Shown: positions 8,194 through 18,463 of the stretch, in pieces | Position numbering within the stretch: the stretch's first letter is position 1 | How the letters are laid out: every line of letters starts with the position of its first letter | Source: Candidatus Methylomirabilia bacterium | GTDB taxonomy: Bacteria > Methylomirabilota > Methylomirabilia > Rokubacteriales > CSP1-6 | Assembly (NCBI GenBank): GCA_046758965.1 | Contig: JBHIBG010000020.1 | Span: forward strand, 1 to 36,161 | DNA length: 36,161 nt | Direction of reading: 5' to 3' | The notes under the pieces: generated by a model | Told to the model about the DNA's origin: nothing | The model's database searches: none | Seen by the model: the letters and a program-made list of their open reading frames with translations, nothing else | Program-made: the position numbers and the translations under genes

Positions 8194-9062
8194 ACGATCC
8201 GATCGCGGGGTTCGTCGACTACCTGGCTGGCGAGCGTGGGGCCTCTGCCCACACGCTTCGGAGCTACCGGAGTGACCTTGTGGAGTTCGAGGGCTTCCTC
8301 GCTCACTCGAGGATCCCGGGCCTCGAGCAGGTGGACGGTCGCGCTATCAGAGCCTACCTGGCCTGGCTTCACGGTCGCCGCCTCGGCCGTCGCTCGATCG
8401 CCCGAAAGCTCGCGACCCTCCGAAGTTGGTTCCGGTTTCTGACGCGACGGGGCGTTCTCCGGCGCAATCCGGCACGAGATGTGGGGAGCCCGAAGATCCC
8501 CGCACGCCTGCCCGGCTTTCTCCCTGTGGACGAGGCGTGGACCCTTCTCGACTCGGCGGGCCCCGAGTCGCTCCAGGAGAAGCGGGACGTCGCGATCCTT
8601 GAACTGCTGTACGCCACCGGCGTGAGAGTAGCCGAACTCTGCGGTTTGGACCTGGCCGACTTGGATCGCGTTCAGGGGACGGTTCGGGTCTTCGGCAAAG
8701 GAGCGAAGGAGCGAATCGTGCCGGTGGGGGAGGGGGCTCTTCGGGCCCTCGACGCCTACCTGGAGGGGAGATCCCGCGGCCAGGGTCCGCTCTTCCGAAA
8801 CGCTCGCCGCGGCCGGCTCACGGTCCGGAGCGTTCACCGAATTGTCCGGGCGAGGGCCCGTGCGGCGGGCCTCCCACGCCCCGTCAGCCCCCATACGCTC
8901 CGCCACACCTTCGCCACCCACATGCTCGATGCCGGGGCCGACCTCCGGCTGATTCAGGATCTACTCGGACACAGCCGGCTCTCCACCACCCAGAGGTACA
9001 CCCACGTGAGCGCCGACCGGTTGATGGCCGTGTACGACGCCGCCCACCCGCGGGCACAGTGA
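8190..9062 (+). CDS. xerC: Tyrosine recombinase XerC
   Basis: ATGA overlap with top[42 protein letters not shown]. Typical topA-xerC-hslVU context. Confidence 0.9.
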   Translation: MNDPIAGFVDYLAGERGASAHTLRSYRSDLVEFEGFLAHSRIPGLEQVDGRAIRAYLAWLHGRRLGRRSIARKLATLRSWFRFLTRRGVLRRNPARDVGSPKIPARLPGFLPVDEAWTLLDSAGPESLQEKRDVAILELLYATGVRVAELCGLDLADLDRVQGTVRVFGKGAKERIVPVGEGALRALDAYLEGRSRGQGPLFRNARRGRLTVRSVHRIVRARARAAGLPRPVSPHTLRHTFATHMLDAGADLRLIQDLLGHSRLSTTQRYTHVSADRLMAVYDAAHPRAQ

Positions 9063-9601
9063 GAGGCCGGCTCAGAATCCGGGGAACGACGGTGGTCTGC
9101 CTGCGCCATCGCGGGCGGGTGGCGATGGCGGGAGACGGCCAGGTCGCCCTCGGCCAGACCATCGTAAAGGCGGGGGCCAAGAAGGTGCGCAAGGTGTATC
9201 ACGAGCAGGTGCTGGCCGGGTTTGCCGGCGCGGCTGCTGACGCCTTCACGCTCTTCGAGAAGTTCGAGGCGAAGCTGGAGGAGTACCGGGGCAATCTCCC
9301 GCGGGCCGCGGTCGAGCTGGCCAAGGAGTGGCGAACGGACCGGATCCTGAGGCGCCTGGACGCCCTCCTGGCCGTGGCCGACCTGGAGCACTCCTTCATT
9401 ATCTCGGGGACAGGGGAGATCATTGAGCCTGACGACGGGATGATCGGCATCGGCTCGGGTGGCGCCTACGCCCTGGCCGCTTGTCGAGCACTGGTCTCCC
9501 ACTCCGACCTGGACGCAAAGCGGATTGTGGAAGAGGCGATGCGGATCGCCGCCGGGATCTGTGTCTACACCAACGACCGGCTGACGGTGGAGGAACTGTG
9601 A
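9059..9601 (+). CDS. hslV: ATP-dependent protease peptidase subunit HslV
   Basis: GTTVV N-terminal nucleophile Thr, [24 protein letters not shown]. Confidence 0.96.
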   Translation: MRGRLRIRGTTVVCLRHRGRVAMAGDGQVALGQTIVKAGAKKVRKVYHEQVLAGFAGAAADAFTLFEKFEAKLEEYRGNLPRAAVELAKEWRTDRILRRLDALLAVADLEHSFIISGTGEIIEPDDGMIGIGSGGAYALAACRALVSHSDLDAKRIVEEAMRIAAGICVYTNDRLTVEEL

Positions 9602-9602
9602 C

Positions 9603-9735
9603 TGCTTGGAAGGGGGCTATGTCCCGCTGCTGTAGGCGAAGCAACCTCGCCTGCGAGGTTGCGGAGAGCGCGAGCCGCAGCGAGCGTACATCCCGCCAAG
9701 GGGGTGCGCGGGCGAAGCGCGCGCTCGAAGGCAGC
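9603..9735. repeat. Palindrome-rich REP-like intergenic element
   Basis: Perfect inverted repeat GCAACCTCGC-CT-GCGAGGTTGC (9641-9662) and a GCGAAGC hairpin segment (9700-9730) similar to the reverse strand of the 35918-36047 element. Boundaries approximate. Confidence 0.6.
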
Positions 9736-9760
9736 GAGGTCATTGCCGTGAGGCTAGCAG

Positions 9761-11152
9761 ATGACCACGCGTGCGCGCGAGAGATCCCGGATGCATAGCC
9801 TCGGCCCGCTGACCCCGATCCAGATCGTCGCGGAACTGGACCGGTACATCATCGGCCAGGAGAAGGCCAAGCGGGCCGTGGGCGTCGCCCTGAGGAACCG
9901 GTGGCGCCGGCAGAATCTCCCCCCCGAGCTCCGTGACGAGGTTGCCCCGAAGAACATCATCATGATCGGGCCTACCGGTGTGGGGAAGACCGAGATCGCC
10001 CGGCGGCTGGCCAAGCTGGCCCAGGCTCCCTTCCTCAAAGTGGAGGCCTCCAAGTACACCGAAGTCGGGTACGTGGGGCGGGATGTCGAGTCCATGATCC
10101 GCGATCTCACCGAGCTGGCCGTGAACATGGTCAAGGCTGAGATGGCGGAGGCCGTGAAGGAGAAGGCGGAACAGCTGGCCGAGGAGCGGCTGTTGGACAT
10201 CTTGCTCCCCCGGCGGTCTCGGGAGCCCTTTCAGAGTGAGACCCTGGAGGAGGTCTCCCCCGACGCCTCCCGACAGGCCACGAAGGAAAAGCTCCGCCAG
10301 CAGCTCAGAGCGGGCCGGCTCGACGAGCGGCTGGTCGAGCTCGAAGTCCAAGCTCAGGCCACCCCCATCGTGGAGATCTTCTCGGGCCAGGGCATGGAGG
10401 AGATGGGGATCAACCTCCGCGAGATGCTCTCGAGCATGCTCCCCACCAGGACGAAGAAGCGAAAGGTCAAGATCAGTGAGGCCAAGCGGATCCTGGCTCA
10501 GGCCGAGGCGCAGAAGCTGGTGGACATGGATGAGGTGGTCGGCCAGGCCATCCATCGCGTCGAGAACTCGGGGATCGTCTTCCTGGACGAGCTCGACAAG
10601 ATCGCGGGGAGAGAGTCCGGCCACGGGCCGGACGTCTCGCGGGAAGGTGTGCAGCGGGACCTGCTGCCCATCGTGGAGGGGTCGACGGTCACCACGAAGT
10701 ACGGGATGGTCAGAAGCGATCACATCCTCTTCATTGCTGCGGGCGCCTTCCACGCCACCAAGCCCTCGGACCTGATCCCGGAGCTTCAGGGGAGGTTCCC
10801 CATCCGGGTTGAGCTGGATCCTCTTACGAAGGCAGACTTCGTTCGCATCCTCACCGAGCCCCAGAATGCCCTCATCCGCCAGTACACCGGCCTCCTCCAG
10901 ACCGAGGGCTTGACCCTTCATGTCACGCCGGATGCCAACGAGGCCGTGGCCGAGATCGCGACGCTGGTCAACCAGCAGGCCGAAAACATCGGAGCCAGGC
11001 GGCTCTACACCATCATGGAGAAGCTCCTGGAGGAGATCTCCTTCTCCGCCCCGGACATGGCTGGCAAGGAGCTGACCATTGACGCGGGCTACGTCCAAGC
11101 TCGGCTGGCCGATGTCGTGAGGGACCAGGATCTCTCTCGATATATTCTGTGA
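9761..11152 (+). CDS. hslU: ATP-dependent protease ATPase subunit HslU
   Basis: GPTGVGKTE Walker A, GYVG pore loop, [24 protein letters not shown]-terminus. Start may be 9791. Confidence 0.97.
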   Translation: MTTRARERSRMHSLGPLTPIQIVAELDRYIIGQEKAKRAVGVALRNRWRRQNLPPELRDEVAPKNIIMIGPTGVGKTEIARRLAKLAQAPFLKVEASKYTEVGYVGRDVESMIRDLTELAVNMVKAEMAEAVKEKAEQLAEERLLDILLPRRSREPFQSETLEEVSPDASRQATKEKLRQQLRAGRLDERLVELEVQAQATPIVEIFSGQGMEEMGINLREMLSSMLPTRTKKRKVKISEAKRILAQAEAQKLVDMDEVVGQAIHRVENSGIVFLDELDKIAGRESGHGPDVSREGVQRDLLPIVEGSTVTTKYGMVRSDHILFIAAGAFHATKPSDLIPELQGRFPIRVELDPLTKADFVRILTEPQNALIRQYTGLLQTEGLTLHVTPDANEAVAEIATLVNQQAENIGARRLYTIMEKLLEEISFSAPDMAGKELTIDAGYVQARLADVVRDQDLSRYIL

Positions 11153-11186
11153 CGCCCTCGGATCCCGGAGTGCATCACGAGGCGGG

Positions 11187-12074
11187 ATGGGCATGAGTAG
11201 CTCGAACTTGACGTCGAGTGTGCAGCGAGCCGAGATCCTCATGGAGGCCCTTCCGTACATCCGGGCCTTCCAGGGGAAGACCGTGGTGATCAAGTACGGG
11301 GGCGCGGCCATGGAGCAGGCCGACCTGAAGGCGTCCTTCGCCCTCGACGTGATCCTGCTCCGGTACGTGGGGATCAGCCCCGTCATCGTGCACGGGGGCG
11401 GCCCCCAGATCGGCGACCTGATGAAGCGGCTCGGCAAGGAACCCGAGTTCGTGGGTGGCATGCGGGTGACTGACTCGGAGACCATGGAGATCGTCGAGAT
11501 GGTCCTGGTGGGGACGATCAACAAGGAGATCGTCGGCCTCATCAACCACCATGGCGGCAAGGCCGTCGGGCTCTCGGGCAAGGACGGCCACCTGATCCGG
11601 GCCCGTCGCCGGCTCCACCGGGCCCCGGGTGGCGAGGAGCTGGACATCGGGCTGGTCGGAGAGGTCGAGCAGGTCAATCCCGAGGCCATTCGCCTCTTGG
11701 AAGAGCACGGCTTCATCGCGGTCGTCGCTCCCGTTGGGGTGGGCGCCAGCGGGGAAACCTATAACATCAACGCTGACCTGGTAGCGGGGCAGGTGGCCGC
11801 GGCGCTCGCCGCCGAGAAGCTGATCCACCTCACCGATGTGCAGGGGATCACGGGGGAGGACGGTAAGGTCGTTTCCACGCTGACCAAGAAGCACGCCGAG
11901 CGGCTGATGGCCGCCGACGTCATCGGCGGCGGGATGCTGCCGAAAGTGGAATCGTCACTCCGGGCGCTGGAGGGAGGGACCGTGAAGGCCCACATCATCG
12001 ATGGGCGGGTGCCTCACGCGATCCTGCTGGAGATTTTCACCAACGAGGGGATCGGGACGGAGATCGTGCTCTGA
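11187..12074 (+). CDS. argB: Acetylglutamate kinase
   Basis: [36 protein letters not shown]. Confidence 0.96.
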   Translation: MGMSSSNLTSSVQRAEILMEALPYIRAFQGKTVVIKYGGAAMEQADLKASFALDVILLRYVGISPVIVHGGGPQIGDLMKRLGKEPEFVGGMRVTDSETMEIVEMVLVGTINKEIVGLINHHGGKAVGLSGKDGHLIRARRRLHRAPGGEELDIGLVGEVEQVNPEAIRLLEEHGFIAVVAPVGVGASGETYNINADLVAGQVAAALAAEKLIHLTDVQGITGEDGKVVSTLTKKHAERLMAADVIGGGMLPKVESSLRALEGGTVKAHIIDGRVPHAILLEIFTNEGIGTEIVL

Positions 12075-12084
12075 GGGGTGCCGA

Positions 12085-13281
12085 GTGGACACGAAGAGCT
12101 TGATGGCAGGGTCGGCAACACACCTGATAAACGTGTATAACCGTTACCCGCTCTGCCTGGTTCGGGGGGAGGGGGCGCGAGTCTGGGATTCGGACGGCCG
12201 CGAGTACCTGGACTTCACCAGCGGGATCGCCGTGCTCGCCCTGGGCCACTGCCACCCGAAGATCGTGGGTGCCATGCGCGAGCAGGCCGCGACGCTGGTC
12301 CATGCCTCCAACTACTTCCACATCCCCCAGCAGATCGAGCTGGCCAAGCTGCTCTGCGACCGCTCCTTCGCCGCCCGCGTCTTCTTCTCAAACTCGGGGG
12401 CCGAGGCCAACGAGGCCGCCATCAAGCTGGCCCGGAAATACGCCAGGGAAGCCGGGGCGAGCGACCGCTTCGAGATCATCACCATGCGGGGGGGCTTTCA
12501 CGGTCGGACATTGGCCACGGTCACCGCCACGGCTCAGGAGAAGTACCATCACGGCTTCGAGCCGATGGTGCCGGGCTTCAAGTACGTTCCGTACGATGAT
12601 CTCAGGGCCGTAGAACGGGCGCTCGACAGTCACACGGCCGCCGTGCTGGTCGAGCCGATCCTGGGTGAGGGCGGGGTGGTCGTTCCCGACGACGGCTACC
12701 TCCCAGGCCTGCGCAAGCTCTGCGATGAGGCGGGCGTCCTCCTGATTCTGGACGAGGTTCAGACGGGCATGGGGCGGACCGGACGGCTCTGGGCGTACGA
12801 GCACGCCGGCATCACCCCCGACATCATGACTGTGGCCAAGGCCCTCGCCAACGGCATTCCCATCGGCGCCACGTTGGCGACCGAGGCCGTGGCGAGCGCC
12901 TTGACGCCGGGCACTCACGGCAGCACCTTCGGGGGGAACCCCTTCGCGACCACAGTGGGCCTGGCCACCTTGATCACCCTTCTCGAGGAGAAGCTGCCGG
13001 AGCGGGCTGCGGACATGGGCCGGCTGCTGCTCGGGCGACTCGAGGCGCTCAAAGCCTCGTGTCCGGTCATCACCCAGGTGAGGGGGAGAGGGCTCCTGAC
13101 CGGGATCGAGCTTTCCGGGCCGGCGGGGCCCGTGGTGGCGGGGTGCCGGGAGCGCGGCCTCTTGATCCTCACCGCGGGCGACAGCGTGGTACGGCTGCTC
13201 CCCCCTCTCATCGTGGACAAGGCCACCGTGGAGCGGGCGCTCGTGATTCTGGCTCAGGCCTTGGCCGAACCGGCGCGATGA
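12085..13281 (+). CDS. argD: Acetylornithine aminotransferase
   Basis: GTG start after GAGGGG. NSGAEANE, FHGRT, DEVQTGMGRTG, AKAL (PLP Lys), HGSTFGGNP. Confidence 0.93.
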   Translation: MDTKSLMAGSATHLINVYNRYPLCLVRGEGARVWDSDGREYLDFTSGIAVLALGHCHPKIVGAMREQAATLVHASNYFHIPQQIELAKLLCDRSFAARVFFSNSGAEANEAAIKLARKYAREAGASDRFEIITMRGGFHGRTLATVTATAQEKYHHGFEPMVPGFKYVPYDDLRAVERALDSHTAAVLVEPILGEGGVVVPDDGYLPGLRKLCDEAGVLLILDEVQTGMGRTGRLWAYEHAGITPDIMTVAKALANGIPIGATLATEAVASALTPGTHGSTFGGNPFATTVGLATLITLLEEKLPERAADMGRLLLGRLEALKASCPVITQVRGRGLLTGIELSGPAGPVVAGCRERGLLILTAGDSVVRLLPPLIVDKATVERALVILAQALAEPAR

Positions 13282-14195
13282 CCCACCTGTGCTCGATCCG
13301 CGATCTGACCCGCGAGGAGGTGTTCCGCCTCTTCCGACTCGCCGCGGAGCTCAAGGCCAGGCAGAAGGCCGGCGCCCGCGCAGCACCCCTGGACGGTCGA
13401 ACCCTGGTCCTGATTTCTGAGAAACCCTCGCTTCGCACTCGGGTCACCTTCGAAGTTGCGATGACCCAACTCGGCGGTCGAGCCATCAGCCTCTCGGCAC
13501 AGGAGATTGGCCTCGGCGTGAGAGAGTCGGTCCCGGATGTCGCTCGCAACCTGGGGCGCTGGGTGGACGTCATCGCCGCCCGCACCTTCGGCCACGAGAC
13601 CGTGGAAACCCTCGCCGGGTACGCCGGGATCCCGGTTATCAATGCGCTGTCGAACCTGGAGCACCCCTGTCAGGCTCTGGCCGACTTCTTCGCCCTCCAG
13701 GAGCGCGGGTGGGACCTCAGCCGGATCCGGCTCGCCTGGATCGGTGACGGAAACAACGTCTGTCACTCCCTCATGCTCCTCGCGGCCCTCACCGGGACCT
13801 CGATGGTCGTGGCCACTCCCCCGGGCTACGAGCCGGAAGCGTCGATCCAGGCGGCGTGCCGAGAGCTCGGTGGTCGGCTCGTCCTCACCACCGATCCGCG
13901 AGAAGCCGCGCAGGGCAGTGACGTCCTCTACACCGATGTCTGGATCAGCATGGGCCAGGAAACCGAGCGAGCGGGGCGCCTCGAAGCCTTCCAGCGCTAC
14001 CAGGTGAACGAGACCCTCGTCGCCTTCGCCAAGCCTTCCGCGGTGGTCATGCACTGCCTGCCGGCCCATCGAGGCGAAGAGATCACGGCTTCCGTGGTGG
14101 ATGGTCCGAGGAGTCTCGCGCTGGAGCAGGCCGAGAACCGGCTTCACGTCCAGAAGGCGATTGTCCTTGCCCTGCTCGGAGCGGGCGATGTTTGA
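13278..14195 (+). CDS. argF: Ornithine carbamoyltransferase
   Basis: ATGA overlap with argD. EKPSLRTR, HPCQALAD, GDGNNV, DVWISMG, HCLPAHRG. Confidence 0.95.
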   Translation: MTHLCSIRDLTREEVFRLFRLAAELKARQKAGARAAPLDGRTLVLISEKPSLRTRVTFEVAMTQLGGRAISLSAQEIGLGVRESVPDVARNLGRWVDVIAARTFGHETVETLAGYAGIPVINALSNLEHPCQALADFFALQERGWDLSRIRLAWIGDGNNVCHSLMLLAALTGTSMVVATPPGYEPEASIQAACRELGGRLVLTTDPREAAQGSDVLYTDVWISMGQETERAGRLEAFQRYQVNETLVAFAKPSAVVMHCLPAHRGEEITASVVDGPRSLALEQAENRLHVQKAIVLALLGAGDV

Positions 14196-14475
14196 TCGTA
14201 CCTTTTTCGAACGGCAGTTTTCCGATCAGGTCCAGCTCTTCTGCCGGGAGCAGAAAATCGCCGCGCCGGTGGTGGAGCTGCTACTGGATGACGGCTCGGT
14301 GCTTCGCCTCCAAGCCATCGCGCAGATTCGCGAGAACTGGCTCGCCCTCAAGGCCCGCCTTGGCGACGCTGAGAGCCGGATGATCCTCTGCCCGTATTTC
14401 AGCATCAGGCGGATCACCTTCTCCAGGCCCTCCTCAGAGAAGGAGACCGTCTTTTCGTTCCCCCCGAAGCCTTGA
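14188..14475 (+). CDS. Hypothetical 95-aa protein inside the arg operon
   Basis: Starts [11 protein letters not shown], overlaps the argF stop, fills the gap to argG, and has globular protein-like composition. Confidence 0.75.
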   Translation: MFDRTFFERQFSDQVQLFCREQKIAAPVVELLLDDGSVLRLQAIAQIRENWLALKARLGDAESRMILCPYFSIRRITFSRPSSEKETVFSFPPKP

Positions 14476-14486
14476 GGGGTCTCCCC

Positions 14487-15701
14487 GTGGCCCGTTCCCT
14501 CCAAAAAATCGTCCTCGCCTACTCGGGAGGTCTCGACACCTCAGTGATCCTGCGCTGGCTCATCGAGACCTACGGGTGCCAGGTCATCGCCTTCTGCGCC
14601 GATCTGGGGCAGGGGGGGGAGCTGGCCCAGCTCCGAGACCGGGCCCTCAAGACCGGGGCCTCCAAGGTGATCATCGAGGACCTTCGCGAGGAGTTTGTTC
14701 GGGAGTTCATCTTCCCCATGCTTCGAGCCAACGCGGTTTACGAGGGGAGCTACCTGCTGGGGACCGCCATCGCCCGGCCCCTGATCGCCAAGCGCCAGGC
14801 GGAGATTGCTCTCGGGGAGGGTGCGGACGCCGTGGCCCACGGGGCGACCGGGAAAGGGAACGATCAGGTCCGCTTCGAAGCCACATACGCGGCCGTGGCT
14901 CCCGAGCTCCGGGTGATTGCGCCGTGGCGCGAGTGGGAACTCAACTCGCGCTCGGCTCTCGTCGCCTTCGCCGAGCGCCACGGCATTCCTCTCCCGATCA
15001 CGGAGGAGCGGCCATATTCAACGGACCGGAACCTCTTCCATATTTCCTATGAGGGAGGCGTCCTGGAGGACCCGTGGGCGGAGCCGCCGGAAAAGATGTT
15101 CCTCCTGACCGCCTCTCCGGAGTCCGCCCCGAATGTTCCCCAGTACGTGGAGATCGATTTCGAGGCTGGCAACCCCGTGGCGGTGGACGGCGCTCGGCTT
15201 CCGCCGCACGCGCTCCTCGAACGGCTCAACCGTCTGGGCGGAGCGCACGGGATCGGCCGCGTGGATCTGGTGGAGAACCGCTACGTGGGGATGAAGGTGC
15301 GGGGGGTGTACGAGACGCCGGGAGGAACCATTCTGCACGTCGCCCACCGGGCCGTCGAGTCGCTGACCGTGGACCGGGAGCTCCTCCACCTCCGGGAGAG
15401 CCTGATTCCCCGTTATGCCGAAATGATCTACTACGGCTACTGGTTCGCTCCCGAGCGCCGCGCGCTTCAGGAGCTGATGGACGAGGCCCAGCGGGAGGTC
15501 ACCGGGACCGTCAGGCTGAAGCTGTACAAGGCGAGCGTGACGGTGGTGGGGCGGAAGTCTCCGCGCTCGCTCTATCGGCCTGACTTCGCCACCTTCGAGG
15601 CTGATCAGGTCTACCGCCAGCAGGACGCCACAGGATTCATCAACCTCAACGCGCTCCGCCTCCGGATCCGGGCCCTCCGCGACCGGGGTGGGGCCCCTTG
15701 A
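14487..15701 (+). CDS. argG: Argininosuccinate synthase
   Basis: [41 protein letters not shown] start after GAGGGG. Confidence 0.97.
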   Translation: MARSLQKIVLAYSGGLDTSVILRWLIETYGCQVIAFCADLGQGGELAQLRDRALKTGASKVIIEDLREEFVREFIFPMLRANAVYEGSYLLGTAIARPLIAKRQAEIALGEGADAVAHGATGKGNDQVRFEATYAAVAPELRVIAPWREWELNSRSALVAFAERHGIPLPITEERPYSTDRNLFHISYEGGVLEDPWAEPPEKMFLLTASPESAPNVPQYVEIDFEAGNPVAVDGARLPPHALLERLNRLGGAHGIGRVDLVENRYVGMKVRGVYETPGGTILHVAHRAVESLTVDRELLHLRESLIPRYAEMIYYGYWFAPERRALQELMDEAQREVTGTVRLKLYKASVTVVGRKSPRSLYRPDFATFEADQVYRQQDATGFINLNALRLRIRALRDRGGAP

Positions 15702-15725
15702 CATCCCCGTGAGGCGCCTCATAAT
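15698..15725 (+). promoter_or_regulatory. Putative sigma70 promoter for pgsA-plsY-gpsA
   Basis: TTGACA (15698-15703), 16 bp spacer, CATAAT (15720-15725). Confidence 0.6.
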
Positions 15726-15790
15726 GAGAGATGGTCGGTTCATGGTCTTCCGGGGAGTCCCGCGTCCCTGGTCCGATGGGGAATGACATC

Positions 15791-16366
15791 GTGAACCTCC
15801 CCATCGGGCTCACGCTTGCCCGCATCGTCCTCGTCCCCTTTGTGGTGATGTTTCTCATCTCGTCCTCCCGCGTCCACGTGTTCATCGCTGCGGTCATCTT
15901 CGTTGCCGCCTCACTCACCGACTGGCTCGACGGTCTCGTCGCCAGGCGGCGGAACCAGGTGACCACCCTCGGAAAGCTCCTGGACCCGGTGGCGGACAAG
16001 CTGCTGGTGGCCGCGGCGCTGGTCGCCCTGTTCCAACTCGAAAAAGTCGCTGCGTGGATGGTGCTTGTCATCGTGGGGCGGGAGCTGGCGGTGACCGGGC
16101 TCAGGGCGGTGTCAGCCTCGGTGGGGATCGTTGTGCCCGCCTCTCAGCTCGGCAAATACAAGACCTTGAGCCAGTATGCGGCCATTACCCTGCTGATTCT
16201 TGAGCAGGGTGTTCCCTCCCAGTATGGGTCGGTCCACTGGTTGGCCGCCGGGGCGCTCTGGGTGGCCTTGCTCCTCACCGTGGTGTCGGGGGCTCATTAC
16301 TTCATTCGCTTCTTCGCCAAAGCCGACTTTCACGCGCTGGTGGGGGAGCACGACCGATGGTCCTGA
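15791..16366 (+). CDS. pgsA: CDP-diacylglycerol--glycerol-3-phosphate 3-phosphatidyltransferase
   Basis: (M)NLPIGLT start; CDP-alcohol phosphotransferase motif DWLDGLVARRRNQVTTLGKLLDPVADK. Alternative starts at 15731 and 15776. Confidence 0.92.
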   Translation: MNLPIGLTLARIVLVPFVVMFLISSSRVHVFIAAVIFVAASLTDWLDGLVARRRNQVTTLGKLLDPVADKLLVAAALVALFQLEKVAAWMVLVIVGRELAVTGLRAVSASVGIVVPASQLGKYKTLSQYAAITLLILEQGVPSQYGSVHWLAAGALWVALLLTVVSGAHYFIRFFAKADFHALVGEHDRWS

Positions 16367-16959
16367 GCCTTGCCGGCCTGTTGGTTGCCTACCTGGTGGG
16401 AGCGGTGCCTGTCGGCTACCTGGTGGCTCGCGCCCTCGGAGGAGTGGATGTCCGGCGGCATGGCAGCGGCAACATCGGCGCCACCAACGTGCTGCGAACC
16501 GTTGGCAAGGGATTGGCCATCGTGACCCTTCTCGGCGATATCGCCAAGGGATGGGTGGCCGTGTGGCTCGCGGAGGCCCTGGGCGCTGAGCCGTGGTGGG
16601 GGTCTCTCGGGGCACTCGTTGCCATCGCCGGCAACTGCTGGTCGGTCTTTCTCGGATTCACTGGGGGGAAGGGTGTCGCAACCGGGCTGGGTGCCTTTCT
16701 CCGCCTGACCCCGCTGGCCGTGCTGCCGGCCGCTCTGGTGTGGGTCGTGGTCAGCCTGACCTTTCGGTACGTCTCGCTCGCCTCCATGACCGCCTCGGTC
16801 TGTCTCCCCCTGGGCGCGCTTCTCCTGCGTTACCCGGGCTCCGACGTTCTGGCGGCGGTGGCCGCCCTCCTCATCCTGATCGCGCGCCACCGGCAGAACC
16901 TCGCACGCCTCCTGTCGGGAACTGAACCCAAGCTTGGCGAGCCGCGGCCTACGCCATGA
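16357..16959 (+). CDS. plsY: Glycerol-3-phosphate acyltransferase PlsY
   Basis: GSGNIGATNVLR, DIAKG, FTGGKGVAT, YVSLAS, RHRQNLARL. Confidence 0.95.
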   Translation: MVLSLAGLLVAYLVGAVPVGYLVARALGGVDVRRHGSGNIGATNVLRTVGKGLAIVTLLGDIAKGWVAVWLAEALGAEPWWGSLGALVAIAGNCWSVFLGFTGGKGVATGLGAFLRLTPLAVLPAALVWVVVSLTFRYVSLASMTASVCLPLGALLLRYPGSDVLAAVAALLILIARHRQNLARLLSGTEPKLGEPRPTP

Positions 16960-17990
16960 CCGCCACCGGAGCTGTGGCCGTGGTGGGCGCAGGGAGCTGG
17001 GGAACGGCCCTCACCCTTCATCTGACCCGCGTCGGCTTATCCCCTCGCCTCTGGGTCAGGGAGCCCGACCTGGTCGCGCTGATGCGGGTGCGGCGCGAGA
17101 ACCCCTGGTACCTGCCCGGATTCGACCTTCCCAAGAGCCTGTGCGCAACCACCGAATTCGGTGAGGTGCTGGACGGAGTGGAGTTCGCTCTCCTGGCGGT
17201 GCCGTCTCATGCCTTCGCGAGCGTAGTCGCTTCGGCGAAGCCGGTGCTTGCGAGTGGGCTGCCGATCGTCTCGGCAACCAAGGGTCTGGACCCGGCCGGC
17301 GCACGTCGGATGTCAGAAATCCTGGGTGACCTGGTTCCGGCCTCGCCTGTGGCGGTGCTCTCGGGGCCGACCTTCGCCCGGGAGGTGGCCTTGGGACACC
17401 CCACCGCGGCGGTCATCGCAGCGTCCGACTCAGCACTGGCCGTCGACCTTCAGCAACGGTTGAGCTCCCGTGAATTCCGCCTGTACACCAATGGAGACGT
17501 GGTTGGAGTAGAGTTGGGGGGTGCCCTCAAGAACATCATGGCGATCGCCACGGGGCTCTCCGACGGGCTCGGGCTTGGCGAGAACGCTCGCGCAGCCCTC
17601 GTTACCCGAGGGCTGGCCGAGATCACGCGGGTCGGCGTGGCTCACGGGGCCTCGCCGCTGACCTTTTCCGGCCTGGCGGGACTGGGAGACCTCGTCCTGA
17701 CCTGCACAGGCACCCTCAGCCGGAATCGGGCGCTGGGGCTGGCCCTGGCTGCGGGCAGGAGCCTGGCCGAGGTCCAGGCGGAGACACGGATGGTTGCTGA
17801 GGGAGTCCGTACGACGGCCTCGGCGTTGGAGTTGGCCCGCAGGACGGCCGTCACGCTCCCCATCTGCCAGGAGGTCAACGCCGTACTCTTCCACGGGAAA
17901 TCCCCGCAGGCCGCGCTTGCCACGCTCCTTGAACGAGAGGTGCGCCCCGAGGAAGACCCGGTGGTGGGGAGAACCACCTCCTCACGTTGA
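16956..17990 (+). CDS. gpsA: NAD(P)H-dependent glycerol-3-phosphate dehydrogenase
   Basis: GAGSWGTAL, SGPTFA, GGALKNIMA, GLGDLVLTC, SRNR. Confidence 0.96.
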   Translation: MTATGAVAVVGAGSWGTALTLHLTRVGLSPRLWVREPDLVALMRVRRENPWYLPGFDLPKSLCATTEFGEVLDGVEFALLAVPSHAFASVVASAKPVLASGLPIVSATKGLDPAGARRMSEILGDLVPASPVAVLSGPTFAREVALGHPTAAVIAASDSALAVDLQQRLSSREFRLYTNGDVVGVELGGALKNIMAIATGLSDGLGLGENARAALVTRGLAEITRVGVAHGASPLTFSGLAGLGDLVLTCTGTLSRNRALGLALAAGRSLAEVQAETRMVAEGVRTTASALELARRTAVTLPICQEVNAVLFHGKSPQAALATLLEREVRPEEDPVVGRTTSSR

Positions 17991-18015
17991 CAGGGCTGGA
18001 CAGTTTTGTTAGGCT
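17987..18015 (+). promoter_or_regulatory. sigma70 promoter of the tRNA cluster
   Basis: TTGACA (17987-17992), 17 bp spacer, extended -10 TGtTAGGCT, ending 14 bp before tRNA-Gly. Confidence 0.75.
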
Positions 18016-18029
18016 TCTTCACAGTTTGT

Positions 18030-18104
18030 GCGGGAATAGCTCAGGGGTAGAGCACTACCTTGCCAAGGTAGGGGTCGCGGGTTCAAATCCCGTTTCCCGC
18101 TCCA
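18030..18104 (+). tRNA. tRNA-Gly (GCC)
   Basis: GCGGGAA/TTCCCGC acceptor stem, anticodon arm CTACC-TTGCCAA-GGTAG, GGTTCAAATCC T-arm, encoded CCA. Confidence 0.97.
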
Positions 18105-18146
18105 GCACGCCATCATTGTGTTGAACTTCAGCCTGTCGTACTTCCG

Positions 18147-18222
18147 GGCGGCGTAGCCAAGTGGTTAAGGCGGAGGTCTGCAAAACCTCTATTCAGCGGT
18201 TCGAATCCGCTCGCCGCCTCCA
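18147..18222 (+). tRNA. tRNA-Cys (GCA)
   Basis: GGCGGCG/CGCCGCC acceptor stem, anticodon arm GAGGT-CTGCAAA-ACCTC, GGTTCGAATCC, CCA. Confidence 0.97.
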
Positions 18223-18243
18223 ACACCCTAACAGCTACGTGGG

Positions 18244-18332
18244 GCCGGGGTGGCGGAACAGGGAGACGCCGCGGACTTAAAATCCGCCGGCCCGAAAGGG
18301 CCGTGGGGGTTCGAATCCCCCCCTCGGCACCA
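18244..18332 (+). tRNA. tRNA-Leu (TAA)
   Basis: GCCGGGG/CCTCGGC acceptor stem, anticodon arm GCGGA-CTTAAAA-TCCGC, long variable arm GGCCC-GAAA-GGGCC, CCA. Confidence 0.97.
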
Positions 18333-18358
18333 ATCTTCCGCGGGGTTAGCCTTCACCG

Positions 18359-18392
18359 GAGTCAGCGTTTGGCCATTCGACGCCGCTGACTC
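18359..18392. terminator. Possible hairpin between the tRNA cluster and the convergent gene
   Basis: GAGTCAGCG...CGCTGACTC 9-bp inverted repeat; no U-tract. Confidence 0.3.
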
Positions 18393-18463
18393 GGGCAGGA
18401 CTCTGGTAGCTCTGACAGGCGCGCCTCGGGCCGGAGCGAGGGCGTTTGCCGTGTGGTCATGTG

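Noticed and set aside
8190..9062. Tyrosine recombinase as a prophage or island integrase
   Set aside because: It sits in the housekeeping dprA-topA-xerC-hslVU string with translational coupling and has no att sites or cargo.
13420..13445. SLRT instead of STRT in ArgF, suggesting an acetyl- or succinyl-ornithine transcarbamylase
   Set aside because: The SMG and HCLPAHRG motifs of ordinary ornithine carbamoyltransferase are intact.
18244..18332. bldA-like regulation through rare TTA codons
   Set aside because: TTA codons occur in housekeeping genes here (gpsA, gabD, moaA), so there is no sign of restricted use.
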